A stretch of DNA of 63,105 nucleotides, filler included, from Nemertoderma westbladi (Eukaryota > Animalia > Xenacoelomorpha): assembly GCA_032718475.1 (NCBI GenBank). It is 4 parts of 4 records of this genome, joined end to end, with 100 filler letters (N's around TTAATTAATTAA, not from the genome) between each part and the next. Parts side by side here need not be neighbours in the genome. Positions count along the whole stretch, not along the records: positions 24,428 to 38,241 come from JAUCBJ010008511.1; positions 38,342 to 53,583 come from JAUCBJ010003060.1; 2 more parts are not named here. One strand, given 5' to 3'. The notes beneath the pieces are model-generated. The model worked only from the letters and a program-made list of their open reading frames with translations, had not been told where the DNA came from and searched no databases. Each line of letters starts with the position of its first letter. Position 1 is the first letter of the stretch. Below, piece by piece: positions 36,457-49,699 of the stretch. The position numbers and the translations under genes are program-made.

Positions 36457-36729
36457 TTTAAATAGTGTTTATTTTCCGGTGACACTTTATTTCCCTAGGG
36501 ATATGGTGCAATCTTATATATTATTACAACTTCTCCTATAATGTAATGTAATGGGGCTGTTCACATATTATATTACGTAATGCCATTTATTTCATTTTAT
36601 CCCCCTCAGATAGACCCAACCCCCGGCACCGCCCCCCTCCACTTCTGAGGGCGAAGTACTTTGTAAACAATTCCTATGGGAAATTTTTATGAATGAATAT
36701 GAATAATTAAATATAAAATAAAAAATTAA

Positions 36730-37170
36730 TTACAACTCCATAAGTACATAACCGTATGCAGGATCAGCCACTGTATCACGGTCGTCTAACAAGTTAAATG
36801 CTTTCACCATATTGGCAGCATTATCTGTAAATGATAATGCCACTTGACTTGGTTTAATCCCATATTGTTCATGAATTGCCGCGTATTTATCAATAATGCG
36901 CTGGCTAGTATGAGGATATTCGAATTCATCTATTGCGATTGTTCTCTGAACGGCACATTCCTTATTAAAGTCATAGAAGTTTATGGTTTCACCAATAAAG
37001 AAACCCTTATAGCCTTTATGGGTCCAGCAATCGATATTTGTTTGGCAAAGTGGCAACACGGGATCCTTCGTATTTGAAGACACAGTTGTAATCTTTTTCT
37101 TTATGGTTGATTCTATGAAGTCAGATTGTTTTTTAATGATATTGTAAATAGTTTGATGATGTGGTTCCCA
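36730..37170 (-). pseudogene. hAT transposase fragment
   Basis: IDCWT, PHTSQRI and FTDNAANMVKAF motifs of the hAT DDE domain. Confidence 0.8.
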
Positions 37171-37276
37171 TCACTAACATATGAAATAATCTTTTGAAAC
37201 CCGTACTCTTTCTGCGTAAACATATGTTCCACGTGGTGACACAGCCACTTCCACGTGGTGACACAGCAACAAATGT

Positions 37277-38055
37277 TGATGGATTATTTCACTATTAAGT
37301 AGCATTTGTAGCGTAACGTAAAAACTTTCTAAAATCCGACGTATTTTGATTAAATTACAGTAATGTAACATGCCTATTCAAATTGGTACACATTAATCCA
37401 TAGGTGACTCTATTGGCGCAGTGGTCAGATGGTTAAGGCGTTGGTTACATTACAGATAGGTTACGAGTTCGAATCCCAGTCAGGAAATTTGCATTTTTGG
37501 GCTATTTATTTTCGCTCGGATTGATTAGATAAGCCAATGAGATGCGTACAACATGTGGAACGATGAGTTGGGCCAATCATAGGGCATAGAACATCTTATT
37601 GCTCCAATGTGAGGCCATGGAATGCTCTGGAAGGTTCTAGTGGATTCTATGTCCCAGATTTGCTATATAAGGGCCAGTTTCCCTTTGGTTATCACACACA
37701 TCACAAATGTAAGCTAATGATAACTTCGGTTATCACTTATACTTGTCACTTTCTTGTATCTTTTAATACTTTAGCTTCTTGTTAATCTTACATGAATTTG
37801 TTTGATAACTCTTTTGTAAATTATGCAAATATACTGTAAACTTTGAACATGTATATTTTACCTTGTCCTCCATTTGGACAGCCAAACATTTGGAAGATGG
37901 CTGCTTAGACCGTTAGGCCATCAGCAACGCAGGGAAAGATGTCCACAACACGCTAGCGCCCACATTAGATTAACCCGCGTGCCCCCTTCGCCCCCCCCCC
38001 CTTCGAAATACTCCACCTTGCCATGCAACGCCCGATTCAGAGGAAGGTAAGACTT
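37277..38055 (+). mobile_element. LTR-like repeat, copy C (partial, third variant)
   Basis: Contains the tRNA-like segment, CCAAT/TATA motifs and the conserved GATGTCCACAACACGCTAGCGCCCACATT block. Confidence 0.75.
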
Positions 38056-38064
38056 CTCCACACT

Positions 38065-38241
38065 CTATGCACACATCTCCAACCTGACACTATATAACAT
38101 TGGAGGTGTCTCATTGGTTCCCCCAAGCTTGACACTAGAACAAAATCGCCTCCGCTTTGCAGGACATTGCTTTCGCCGTGAGGACCAGCCAGTGCATAAT
38201 CTTGTACTTTGGCAGCCTCATGGAGTGAATAAGCATGGTGG
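38065..38241 (+). mobile_element. RTE LINE 3' fragment cut by a gap
   Basis: Near-identical to ~30795-30970. Confidence 0.85.
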
Positions 38242-38341
38242 NNNNNNNNNNNNNNNNNNNNNNNNNNNNNNNNNNNNNNNNNNNNTTAATTAATTAANNN
38301 NNNNNNNNNNNNNNNNNNNNNNNNNNNNNNNNNNNNNNNNN
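38242..38341. other. Assembly gap with artificial linker
   Basis: 44 N + TTAATTAATTAA + 44 N. Confidence 0.97.
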
Positions 38342-40801
38342 TGTATGTACGATCGATTGTATTTACGCCGTATATGCAATATTAAGTATGCAATGATTAG
38401 ATAGTGATTATATTTTATATTTTAGGCCCTACCAGTAAATTTAGAAATAGTTTGTAGATATTTTATATTCTGATTGGTGAAAACAGTCTTACTTACTGTT
38501 TTCATGGAGCGGTGATGAATTATTTCACTATAAGGTAGCATTTGTAGTTTAACTTTAGCGTAAAACTTTTGAAAATCCGACGTATTTTGATTAAGTTACA
38601 GTAATGTAATATGCCTATTTATATTTGTACACATAAAACCCTTAGATACTCTCGTGGCGTAGTGGTCAGATGGTTAAGGCGTTGGTTACATTACGTAGGT
38701 TACGAGTTCGAATCCCAGTCGGGAAATTTGTATTTTGGGGCCATTTATTTTCGTGTGGTGCTAATTGATAGGCCAATGAGAAGCGTACAGCGTAGCGAAT
38801 GATGAGCCAGGCCAATCATAGGGCATAAATTACCTTATTGCTCAAATGTGAGGCAGTGGAAAATTCTGTTAGGATTCCATGTCCCAGATTAGTGTAAGGG
38901 CCGGACTGCGTTGAACGATGAGCTGGGCCAATCATAGGGCACGACGCACTTCATTGCTCGATTGTGAAGCTGTGGAAATTTCTGTTTAGTTTCCATGTGC
39001 AATTTCTAGTATAAAAGGCCGGTTTGCCTTCGGTTATCACTTCTTGTTACACACACTCCGCACTTCGTTATGATTTTGTATAACGTTACTCTATCATTTT
39101 ATTCTTGTAAAAATTAGTTTATTCGGTTTCTTGTCGAAACTTACTTTGATAAATCCTTTGTAAAACTGTAAATATACTGCAATTTCCTGACATGTTTTCT
39201 TTTGGTCCGACTTCGGGACAGCCGAACACCAGGGAGATGGCAGCCTAGACCGTTAGGCCGTAAGCAACGCAGGGAAGAGATGTCCACAACACGCTAGCGC
39301 CCACATTTGGATTGACCGCGCACCCCCTTTGCCCTTTGAAATGCTCAACTTGCCATGCAGCGCCTGCTTTGTGAGAAAGGTAAGACTTTGTTCGACGCCC
39401 TTGCCCGCCGTAAGACCTATAGATCAGGGTAAGCGTGACACCGCACTGGACGCCGCAAATTTAGGATCAAATAATTATATCCAGACACCCCCCCTTTGTC
39501 AAGTCCTACGAATCCCTGGGTTAACCTGTACTTCCTACAGGTGCGAACTATTGCCATTCGTCAGTACGCGAGTACATATTAGGTACGGACAGCATACGTT
39601 CCATAATTTAGTGATTCATAGCACTGACTGTTTGGTACCGGTTCGCTTTGTAGAACGTACATTAGTACCCCCCCCCCCCCCCTGTCTGGAGTTAGCTATT
39701 TGATCAGGCAAGGAGCATTTCTGCTACCGGCACACTGCTTGGCCTAGGGAGGTTTATTAATATCCTACCGCGCCTTGCCACGTACTGATAGGTATTGCTG
39801 CTAACTACCGCAGCAACAAAGTTCTAGAATTAAATTAGTATACCAGATCAGCTAACGTACGGTAGCGATTAACCCCTATTCTTATCTTACAACCAGAATC
39901 TGGTATTAGTGCCGATCACGGGTGTAGTTACTAACACTGTGGTTGCCCATTGGGTTGTGGATAGGAAGGAGAGAGCTTTGACGTCATTCGTGAGTATAAA
40001 GTTCTACAAACGCGACTAGTTTATTTTAGTAGCTAGCGCACGGTATCATTTTAGTCAGAAAATCGCTAAAACCTAGTAAAAGGAATTATACGAAATTGTT
40101 TTATTTGTAACACACCCACACACACACGCCCTAAAACATATCGCCCTTAAAGCTCTACTAGCTATAGCGTACTATACATTACTTTAGGTGGAAATTATCT
40201 GTATTTGTAAAATTAGGATCTGATTTAGTTGCGGCACAATAAGGAGTATTTCACTTTCGTTATTAAACTGTTGTTTGTCTGGACAACGGTATTGTTACAT
40301 TTAGGCCTGACCCTTTAGACTGATTTCGTACAGGGGGATCAGTTATTGTTACATTTAGGTACGACCCTTTTTCGACTGATTTAGGACTGTCAGTGTTGTT
40401 ACGCTAGGTCTGTTAACCCACTAGCTCGTATATAAACCATATAAATCACACCGCGGCAAGTTACTGTATTTAGGACTGTCAGTGATAGTTAGGATTCGCT
40501 GCGCGGGGATTGTTTTCCCGTGAGTTTGGTCTGTTACTGTAACTGTACATCTGCCTCACCGGTTAGAGGACAGGTATCCTTCTGTCTAGTACGTAGGCAT
40601 TCGACCCGCTCACGTACATAGAATAGATACAAGGCTCTGTTCCTCGCCAGTAGTCGTTTGTGTACTGTATCTGTTTGTTTAGATATCCTGGACTGGGATT
40701 TGTTGTCAGATACTGTACAAGCCCGTATACATTACTAGAGTCTCATAGTAAGATACATCGTTACTAGGATCTGGTAAGCGGTATACTACTGGACCCTTAC
40801 A
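38342..40801 (+). mobile_element. LTR-like repeat, copy D (ends CCCTTACA)
   Basis: Collinear and near-identical to ~24810-27258. Confidence 0.82.
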
Positions 40802-40802
40802 G

Positions 40803-43800
40803 ATATATTTGGGTGAAAAATTAATAATAATTATTAATGTTATTTATTATTATTCCACCCCGCTGGGGCCCATAGTAAAAACGAAATAGCACAGCACGAA
40901 ATATTAGATACAAATTATATTACATACACACATAGTACAGTATAAACACCGAACAATCTGCTACAAAAACTACTTGGGGGCCCTACTCTGTACGCAGGGG
41001 ATTAAATCTGAGAATGCGTGAGAGATAGGTTTACAAATATTGTATACAGCACCTAAAATAATGTTATCTTATTGTCGTATTCTATTTAACAGGATCTCGG
41101 TAGACCGGTAAGCAATTAATAATACTGGAGTTCCGGAATAAATATCGTTTTTTACTATAAAATTATTTACTTTAACGTTTTTATTATTTATTTTGCAGTT
41201 AGAATTCCCAATAAGTTTTAGAAGAGACTGAATCTTGGCTATTCTGCTATATGTTACCAGTTTATATGTGTGATGGTTATGGGTTATTGGTTTATGTTTG
41301 GTTAATATTTACAATATATTAATAAATTATAGTTGCAATAACTTAACTTTATTTACTTAACTTGCTGTTAGACCAGGAGGGGCCGGTTGCATATAAATCA
41401 ACCTTAGCTAAGGTGAACCTTAACTCATAAGTGTTGCCTTAAATATTTCAACATCCGTATCAGTTGTCTGCCTAATATTACCTAATATATTTTATAGAAA
41501 AATTTTGAGAACGTCGGAGGAGGTCCGAGAGCAAAATTTGGACTTTTCAAAATCAGCTGATATAATTAAACAAATTAATTGGTAATTAAAATTCTTTATT
41601 ACCTAATAATATCAAATAAACCCTATAATATTTTAACGCCTCTGTTTGAATATCGCCAGTTATTGGGTTTCTGGAACGGTTCCTGTGCCAAAGCGAGGGA
41701 GCGAAGAGGAGTCCTAAATGAACCGGAATCAGGGGCTGTCCTACCAACCCGGATATATTCCGAGCGATCAGTCGCCCTGACTACGGGGGTCGGGTAGACA
41801 CGGGGGAAGCGGGAGTGGGGTCGGTATGATTCCGAGGTGGCGGCCCGGAATACAGGAGGGATATCAAGCGATATCCCCGCGGTAGTATCCGGGGTTCCGG
41901 GATTCCCACTCGAGGTAGAGCCGTACTTTATAAATAAAAATATACAACATAAAAAAACGGTTTTAAAAACGTTAATTTTGATAAAATTTGAAAATAATTA
42001 CAAAAAATAAACAAATCCACAAACATGCTAATATTAATACAACCAACCCGAGAATAAGTCGGCCGTTAATTAGATTGGCATTAACGGTGTATTGATTACC
42101 CCTCATCATGTTGCCAAGCCGTCCCAGAGCCCTTACATTACGTGTCCCAAAATAATACAGATTACATAACAACTGTGCCATTTAACCCTATTAAACCCGG
42201 GGGGGGGTCAATATGACCCCCCCCGTGGTTTTTTTATTATAATTCTGAAACAAACGCAGTTGGGAATCTGAAATTTTATGACTTTTCCTAAAAATCTATT
42301 GTCTTCCTAGTAGTGAAAACCGTTTTCAAAAATATTGGGTAGTTTTCGAGTTATAGCACCATTTTTTAACCCTACTTTTGGCACTTTTTTTGAGACGTTT
42401 TTTGAAAATTACATTTCATTAAATATTAATTGTAACATCTCTATTTTTGATTTACACCGGTTTTTTGGTGTTAGCAATTGGATGGAATTCATATAAATTG
42501 ATTTCGAAATTTCAAACTTGTTTTTTTCGGCGGGTGCCAAATTTTGGTGCCAGCACCAAATTTTGAAATATGTAAATTTTGTAAATTAATTGTTTGAAAC
42601 TTGTTTTTTACGCAATTGGGGTTTTTTGGGGTTCTGGTTTCGATGAAACATATACGAGTTGCACCAAGCGTATCAAACTTGTATTTTTCGGTGCTGTGTG
42701 CAAATTTTGGTGCTAGCACGAAATTTTGAAAATCCATTCAATAGATAAAATTGCTTTTGACAATTTATTTCTTGCATTTTAGAGGTTTATGGCTGTTCTG
42801 AATTCAATGGAATATATAATTATCTATCTAGACATCTCAAACTTGTATTTTTCGGAAGTGGGTGCAAAATGTGGTGCTAGCACCAAATTTTGAAAACCAT
42901 CAAATATATCAATTGATTGTGTCATCTTGTTTCTTGCGTTATACGGGTTTTTTAGGGTTCTGAAATCAATGGAATCAGTAAAAATTTCATAAGAGTTTTC
43001 AAACTTGTATTTTTCGCCTGTGGGTGAAAATTGTTGTTTTGCACCAAATTTTGGGAAATGAGTAAATTGATCAGTAGATATTATCATCTTGTTTCTTGCG
43101 TTATACTGGTTTATGAGGGTCCTGAATCCGATGGAATCAATAAAAACAGCACTGGACATCGCAAACTTGTACTTTTTGGTGATGGGTACGAAATTTGGTG
43201 CTAGCACCAAAATTTGCCAAATTACGCCGAAAAATACAAGTAGCAATGATCTGGCATATTTGAAACGTATTCCATTAGAATCAGCGCCCTAGAAAACCTA
43301 AAAATGGGAAGTTATAGCATCGTATAAGTGAATTAAAAATTTTGTGTTCTAACTGAAAAGTGCTGGTTACTTGTTTTTTTCATTTTTTTCCTACGCATAT
43401 AGGACTAAACAACCATTTATGGTAATCATATCATTTTTAAATATTTTCCAATGTATTTTGCGCCCCAGAAAACCTGCATTGAAAAACAATTTGCCGAAAA
43501 ATGTAACTTTCAAATTTTGTGAAAATTGTGCACTACTTGTAATTTTGGTGCTGCAATATTACCACCCCAGTACATTTTTTCGAAAATTTTTTTTTTCGGT
43601 CGGATCCACACTAATGATACCTACGTACAAACAAAAAATCAGACGTTTTCGTTAATATTTGTAGATTTTAGAGGGAGGGGTCAATATGACCCCCCCCCCC
43701 CCCCCCCCGGTATTTGTACAGCATTTTATAGCCCGGTACTAATAGGGTTAAAATATAATAGGATTTATTTGCATATTATTAGGTAATAAAGAATTTTAAT

Positions 43801-44574
43801 AAACAATTAATTTGTTTAATTATATGAAAAGATTTTGAATTTGAAAAGTCCAAATTTTGCTCTCGGAACTCCTCCGACGTTCTCAAAGATAAAAGATATT
43901 AGGTAATATTAGGCAGACAACTGATACGGATGTTGAAATATTTAAGGCAACACTTATGAGTTAAGGTGCACCTTAGCTAAGGTTGATTTATATGCAACCG
44001 GCCCCTCCTGGTCTAACAGCAAGTTAAGTAAATAAAGTTAAGTTATTGCAACTATAATTTATTAATATATTGTAAATATTAACCAAACATAAACCAATAA
44101 CCCATAACCATCACACATATAAACTGGTAACATATAGCAGAATAGCCAAGATTCAGTCTCTTCTAAAACTTATTGGGAATTCAAACTGCAAAATAAAAAC
44201 GTTAAAGTAAATAATTTTATAGTAAAAAACGATATTTATTCCGGAACTCCAGTATTATTAATTGCTTACCGGTCTACCGAGATCCTGTTAAATAGAATAC
44301 GACAATAAGATAACATTATTTTAGGTGCTGTATACAATATTTGTAAACCTATCTCTCACGCATTCTCAGATTTAATCCCCTGCGTACAGAGTAGGGCCCC
44401 TAAGTAGTTTGTGTAGCAGATTGTTCGGTGTTTATACTGTACTATGTGTGTATGTAATATAATTTGTATCTAATATTTCGTGATGTGGTATTTCGTTTTT
44501 ACTATGGGCCCCAGCGGCGTGGAATAATAATAAATATCATTAATAATTATTATTAACTTTTCACCCAAATATAT
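40803..44574. repeat. Long inverted repeat, arms 40803-41636 and 43748-44574 (~830 bp each)
   Basis: The arms read as near-perfect reverse complements along their length. Confidence 0.9.
42186..43747. mobile_element. piggyBac-like non-autonomous element
   Basis: TTAA TSDs (42182-42185 and 43748-43751); termini CCCTATTA...TAATAGGG; interior of ~170-bp diverged subunits with TTTGGTGCTAGCACCAAA palindromes. Confidence 0.85.
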
Positions 44575-44594
44575 TATTATATTTTATTTATATT

Positions 44595-45345
44595 ATATAT
44601 ATATATGTTGTCTTCGGCCGTTAGGCCAGGGAAAACATTACGCACAAAGTCTGACGACTTGTTTCCAGATAAGGGGGCGTTCATAAAGTATGTCACGCAC
44701 TAGGGGGGGGGGGGGGGGGGGGGTAGAGCTTTCGTGACATTTTGTGACAGGTGGTAGGGGGGTGTCGACCTTTGTGACGGTCACGGCGATGTTCTACGGT
44801 ATGCTTTAATGTTAGCTTGTCTTTGACTAACACATTTGTAGATGAGTGGGAAACTTTAAGGAAAAAACAATAAACTCAATAACATTGAATTTAATCCCTA
44901 ACATTAACAGGGCACCCCTGTCTAGTCTGCCTTGTACATGTACAGTATTGTAGTTTGAAGCTGCTAAAGTATGTATAGGCTTTTAGTAAGAACTACTTCA
45001 GTCAAAATGTTTCACTTTCTATTGTGCTTTCTAACTGTTATTAAATTACTGAAATAAAATATTTTTCGTCTAGGGGGGGGGGGGGGGGGGGGTTATAAAT
45101 TTACGAAAATAGGTTTTTTGTGACAGAAGGGGGGGGGGGGGGGTCAAAAAAATGGAAAATTTGCGTGACATACTTTATGAACGCCACCTAATTCCACCAT
45201 ATTTTTATCCACCAGAGGATACTCCAGTACCCATTAAAGGACGCCCTTTAGAAATGCGCCCTAGCTCGTCCCTTTAAAGCGTTCGTCCTGAAACGAAAAC
45301 TCTCCCGACCCCTTTTGCGGGGATTGAACCCATGACCTCTGGAGA
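44595..45345 (-). mobile_element. Probable tRNA-derived SINE split by the Harbinger MITE
   Basis: B-box-like GGGTTCAATCCCCGC on the minus strand at ~45318-45332; (TA)n tail at ~44595; no A box seen. Confidence 0.4.
44673..45188. mobile_element. PIF/Harbinger (Tourist-like) MITE
   Basis: 27-bp TIR GGGGGCGTTCATAAAGTATGTCACGCA (1 mismatch); TAA TSDs at 44670-44672 and 45189-45191. Confidence 0.9.
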
Positions 45346-46044
45346 GATGTTAATTATAGGCAACGGATTAATACTACACAAACTAAAAGGGCGGGAAGAA
45401 CATAAAAAATGTTAGATTTTTGCTTGATCAACTGTGGCGTCGAATGCTGGACATTGACATTGACATATAGATTATCTATCATTACTAATATCAATATTAA
45501 TCATAACAACACATTTTGATGCTAACAAATACAATAGTATTTGTAATTTCTCTGAATGCTATTTTTAATGCAACCACGGCGACAATAAACCGAGAGGATC
45601 ATAGATTCGAGCTGAGTTTCAGCAGAGTAAGTGCAATACAAAAGACCGAAGTATTTAAATTTATTAGCGGTTTTTTGTCATCAGAATTTAATGAGGATTT
45701 CACATCTGGAAATGGTTTGGCGAGATCTGTTGTATGCATTTTCAATAATTACCAGAAGTAGCTCCGATGAGAGAAAGCTTGTAATTAAACTATTGTTATT
45801 AATTCCATTAGTCAGTCACCTGAGGTCAACCCACCCTAACCTAACTGTTTAATATGAGAATGCCTTCTTAGGTTGTTTCGAGTTATCACTGTCTACCGGT
45901 CTGACCGTCAAGATGTAAATTTAGACAGAGCCAGATAAGATAATAGCAATTGTCTGGAATATGTGATTATTTGACGTTAATTAACGTTAAGGTAATTAAG
46001 CGTTAATTATTATAATTATGTTTTTATCACTGTCAGTTGTTTGT

Positions 46045-46330
46045 AATTTTTTAACGTTAAATACAATATATTTTGACGATCCAAACTGATTGTCAGTAAT
46101 ATGTCATTTTTTAACGTTAAACATACAATATATTTTGACGATCCAAACTGATTGTCAGTAATATGTCATTTTTTAACGTTAAACATACAATATATTTTGA
46201 CGATCCAAACTGATTGTCAGTAATATGTCATTTTTTAACGTTAAACATACAATATATTTTGACGATCCAAACTGATTGTCAGTAATATGTCATTTTTTAA
46301 CGTTAAACATACAATATATTTTGACGATCA
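46045..46330. repeat. 62-bp tandem repeat
   Basis: About 4.5 near-identical units of TTTTTTAACGTTAAACATACAATATATTTTGACGATCCAAACTGATTGTCAGTAATATGTCA. Confidence 0.92.
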
Positions 46331-46714
46331 AAATACCTACCGTTTAAAATTAACGTTAATTTGCGTTAATTTTTAACGTTAAAAGGGCGGCCAAACTAAC
46401 GTTATTTATATGTATTATTAACGTTAATAATTAACGTTGGCATTGTCAGAAAATAACGTATATTAATGCATTATTAACGTTAAATTGTTTGCAGGGTTAT
46501 TTAATATTTATTATTATATTAATTTTTTATCATTTATTATTATTTGTTTAACATTTTAATGTTTTAAATTTATTATTTTTATTTTTTATAATTAATTTTT
46601 TATATTTTATTAATACAGTATTGTTTATATATTTTATAATTAAATATAAAAGTTAGTTTCCAACGCTACTCTATTGAATTTATTTAGTAATTTTATATAA
46701 AACTTACAGTTTTA

Positions 46715-47611
46715 CTAAATCAAAATCTTCATTTCAACTCGAGAAGCCGGATTATATCTAGTAAAATGGTACCAATAAGGTCCTTTCGGCCACTCCCCAC
46801 CATATTCTCCGTTCAAGTTACTGGCCACGTTGCACATCTTGTACCACCACGCACCAGTACGTTCTACGGCGCAGTTGAGGAAGTCTAACTTGTCATTATC
46901 GCGGTCCTTGGTAGAGAATGGGAGACCGTTTTGCCGCCACTCCAATGAGTCACCAGCAGTACCATGGTAACCGGATACATTTAGTGTGTAATTAGTTGCA
47001 GCTGATCCGATAGAGAAGTTCTTGTATTCCGCGTATTTGTGTTCGTTGTTGTGATACACCCACTCCCATCTATCATCACCATCACCACCTTTATATCCCT
47101 CTCCAGTGAACCACAAATCGACTCTCATCTTCACCCCGCCGTAACTCAGCTCGTAGATCGTCTCCAACCCCAACCAGAAGTTTGTATTCGGGTCGCCGAA
47201 TCCTTTAACATATTCATCCCAGTTTCGATAGAAGTCAACAGATCCATCAACTCTTTGTTGAATCTTTACTCCATCATTTTGCTTTAGGATAGGCGCTATT
47301 AGCTTATACAGTTTTAACCCTGTAAACTGGTCTTTCAACTCTGTAAACTGGTCTTTCAACTCTGTAAACTGGTCTTTCAACTCTGTAAACTGGTCTTTCA
47401 ACTCTGTATTCTGTTCTTTCAAATCTCCAACCTTTTCTTTTAACTCTGTATTCTGTTCTTTCAACTCTGTATTCTGTTCTTTCAACTCTGTATTCTGTTC
47501 TTTCAACTCTGTATTCTGTTCTTTCAACTCTGTATTCTGTTCTTTCAACTCTGTATTCTGTTCTTTTATCAGTTCTTCCAACGCTTCAACCTGTTCTTGT
47601 ATTTGTTGACC
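46715..47611 (-). CDS. Terminal exon of a fibrinogen-related protein (coiled coil plus fibrinogen C-terminal domain; FREP/ficolin/angiopoietin-like)
   Basis: IQQRVDGSVDFYRNWDEYVKGFG, FWLGLE, YTLNVSGYHGTAGDSL, FSTKDRDND, NCA...GAWWY..C..SNLNG; candidate acceptor AG at 47613-47612 (phase 0); heptads LKEQNTE/LKDQFTE. Confidence 0.9.
   Translation of the reverse strand, partial: GQQIQEQVEALEELIKEQNTELKEQNTELKEQNTELKEQNTELKEQNTELKEQNTELKEKVGDLKEQNTELKDQFTELKDQFTELKDQFTELKDQFTGLKLYKLIAPILKQNDGVKIQQRVDGSVDFYRNWDEYVKGFGDPNTNFWLGLETIYELSYGGVKMRVDLWFTGEGYKGGDGDDRWEWVYHNNEHKYAEYKNFSIGSAATNYTLNVSGYHGTAGDSLEWRQNGLPFSTKDRDNDKLDFLNCAVERTGAWWYKMCNVASNLNGEYGGEWPKGPYWYHFTRYNPASRVEMKILI
47325..47565. repeat. 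21-bp coding minisatellite in the FREP coiled coil
   Basis: Units TTCAACTCTGTATTCTGTTCT and TTCAACTCTGTAAACTGGTCT, about 11 in total. Confidence 0.9.
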
Positions 47612-47889
47612 CTTTTAAAAAAATCATTTTATTTATAGTTAATTTCATGTAAATCATAGGACATAAAAACACACACTGTAAGTTACAGTATGTGTAATTG
47701 TCATCCTTCTCCAGGGGAAAATAACGCATATAATTACTCACAAAAAAATAAAAGTGTAACCTTTCTATTGATTTTTGTTTATTGTTTTGGTTGGAATACC
47801 GTAACGTGCCACTTTAACCTGCTCCTTTCTCTAAATTGGTAATTTAACATTAAACAATTTAACACAAAACATTAATTTCAAACGCTTAA

Positions 47890-48779
47890 GGGGGGGGGGG
47901 GGGGGGGGGGGTATACCCCCCCTCAGGTAAAATTTTCAAATTGTTGTTTCTTTATTTCACCTAGAGCAGAATTTAATGAGGATTACAAATCTGAAAACCG
48001 CTTAGTGAGACCTCTTTCAGTTCACGAGTTATCACTGTTTTTCCGTATGACGGTCTGTCCGTCAAATTGTAAGAAAGACAGAAGACCGACAGACAGACAA
48101 ATAGACTAGATTCCACCAAAAATTAAAACTGACATCGGAAATGAAATCAGCGACCCCGAAAACCCCCGTAATGAACATTTTAGCTCGTTGGTGTGCATCC
48201 TTCGTGCCCGAAATAATTAACCAACCAGAACGCAGACAGCCAGTTTTGGCGGGACGGTTTAAACTTTGAAGGGCATTTTCTCGGAATGACATTTTTCATT
48301 TTCAAATTACTACTCCTCCGTCATTTTTCAACCAATTTTCTTCTTTTATGGCTCATTCGAACGAGCTTTGGTAGCTCTTTAAAAGTTATCTTATGGAATT
48401 TTGATAAATATTTCCATTTTTTATAATTAGCCAATTTTAATTAAAAATATGATAATTAATTAATTAAATTAATTAATTAAAATAAAAATGGCTAATTAAA
48501 AATTCTATAAGATAACTTTTGTAGAGTCGATCACGCTGAGTCCAAAAAAGTTGGTTTCAAGAAATTTGGACCAAAATTGAGGGACTAGTAGCAATTTTAG
48601 TGAAATCTTTAATTCCGCCGCCAGCCGCTAGGGGGAGGCTACAAATTTTCAAATTTTACTATAAAGGCTATTTGGCCTTCCATACAGTTGTTGACCATGA
48701 CAAAATAGCAATATTATCATTTAACACTATTTGACAGCCATTTTAAAAAAAGGTTCATGGGGGGGTATACCCCCCCCCC
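47890..48779. mobile_element. Kolobok-like non-autonomous DNA transposon
   Basis: TTAA TSDs (47886-47889 and 48780-48783); termini G(n)TATACCCCCCC and GGGGGGGTATAC(C)n. Confidence 0.75.
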
Positions 48780-49699
48780 TTAAGAACCTTTGAAGGGCCC
48801 TTTTAAACGTTTTTAACAATAAGTTGTACACATATATACAGTATATATAGGCCTACTGTAATACAATAAACTATTGTCAATATATTTTGCAGTTTTCATA
48901 GGCTATGTCTAATAGATATTTAAGATATTCTCACATATAGACTCTCGTGTTGCGCGAAGGCCCACCACAACGAGTAATTTGTAAATTCCGAGGCCTTATA
49001 AGTTCATTTCTCCCACACCGCTACTTCTACGTAGTACCACTATACACGCATATATATTAGTGTATTACACACTAATGTTAGAACTGCAGATTAATTAAAC
49101 AAAATTATCAGCTGTCCAATCATGTACAGTGTCTACGGAGCCCCTAAATGGAAATTAAAAAAAAATATCTAGAGCGTTCTAGATAATTCTTTATTTTATT
49201 GATTGGACTACTACTACTAGGATCGGCATGCTGCATTACTGCTGCATTATATATATATATATATTACATATATATTTTAAATGCCGTGCAAAATTGCACC
49301 GCCACAACTCCCTACCATACATGTCATTTGCTAGATCATCCTCATTTTCATGTAAGGTGTCCTTTAAGATGCGTCTTAAGAAAGACTGATAAAACTACTG
49401 AAATCATCATTCTAAAACTACTCACTTATGAACTATCAACACTACTTATTTAAACTACAAAAAGGGAATACAGTTACACTGGTACTGATGAAATTGCGAC
49501 TGCCATTGTAACAAAAACTTTATATACTGCGGTTGACTCTATTGTACTGTAGTGAAAAACCTATACTGTACGGTAGAGTGTGGGGGTGTGAGATCCGGTA
49601 AGAGGGCCAGCCAATGGAATTGTAAATGTTTTTTAATTACGAATTCAATTCAACTTGTCACCCACCACTTACAATATCTACAATCTATCTTAAAATATC

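Noticed and set aside
42489-43786. Several 67-140 aa ORFs
   Set aside because: They lie inside the non-coding piggyBac-like MITE subunits and show no protein motifs
47760-47835. Middle exon of the FREP gene
   Set aside because: In-phase readings hit stops, and the sequence is a repeat also found in reverse at ~51054-51100
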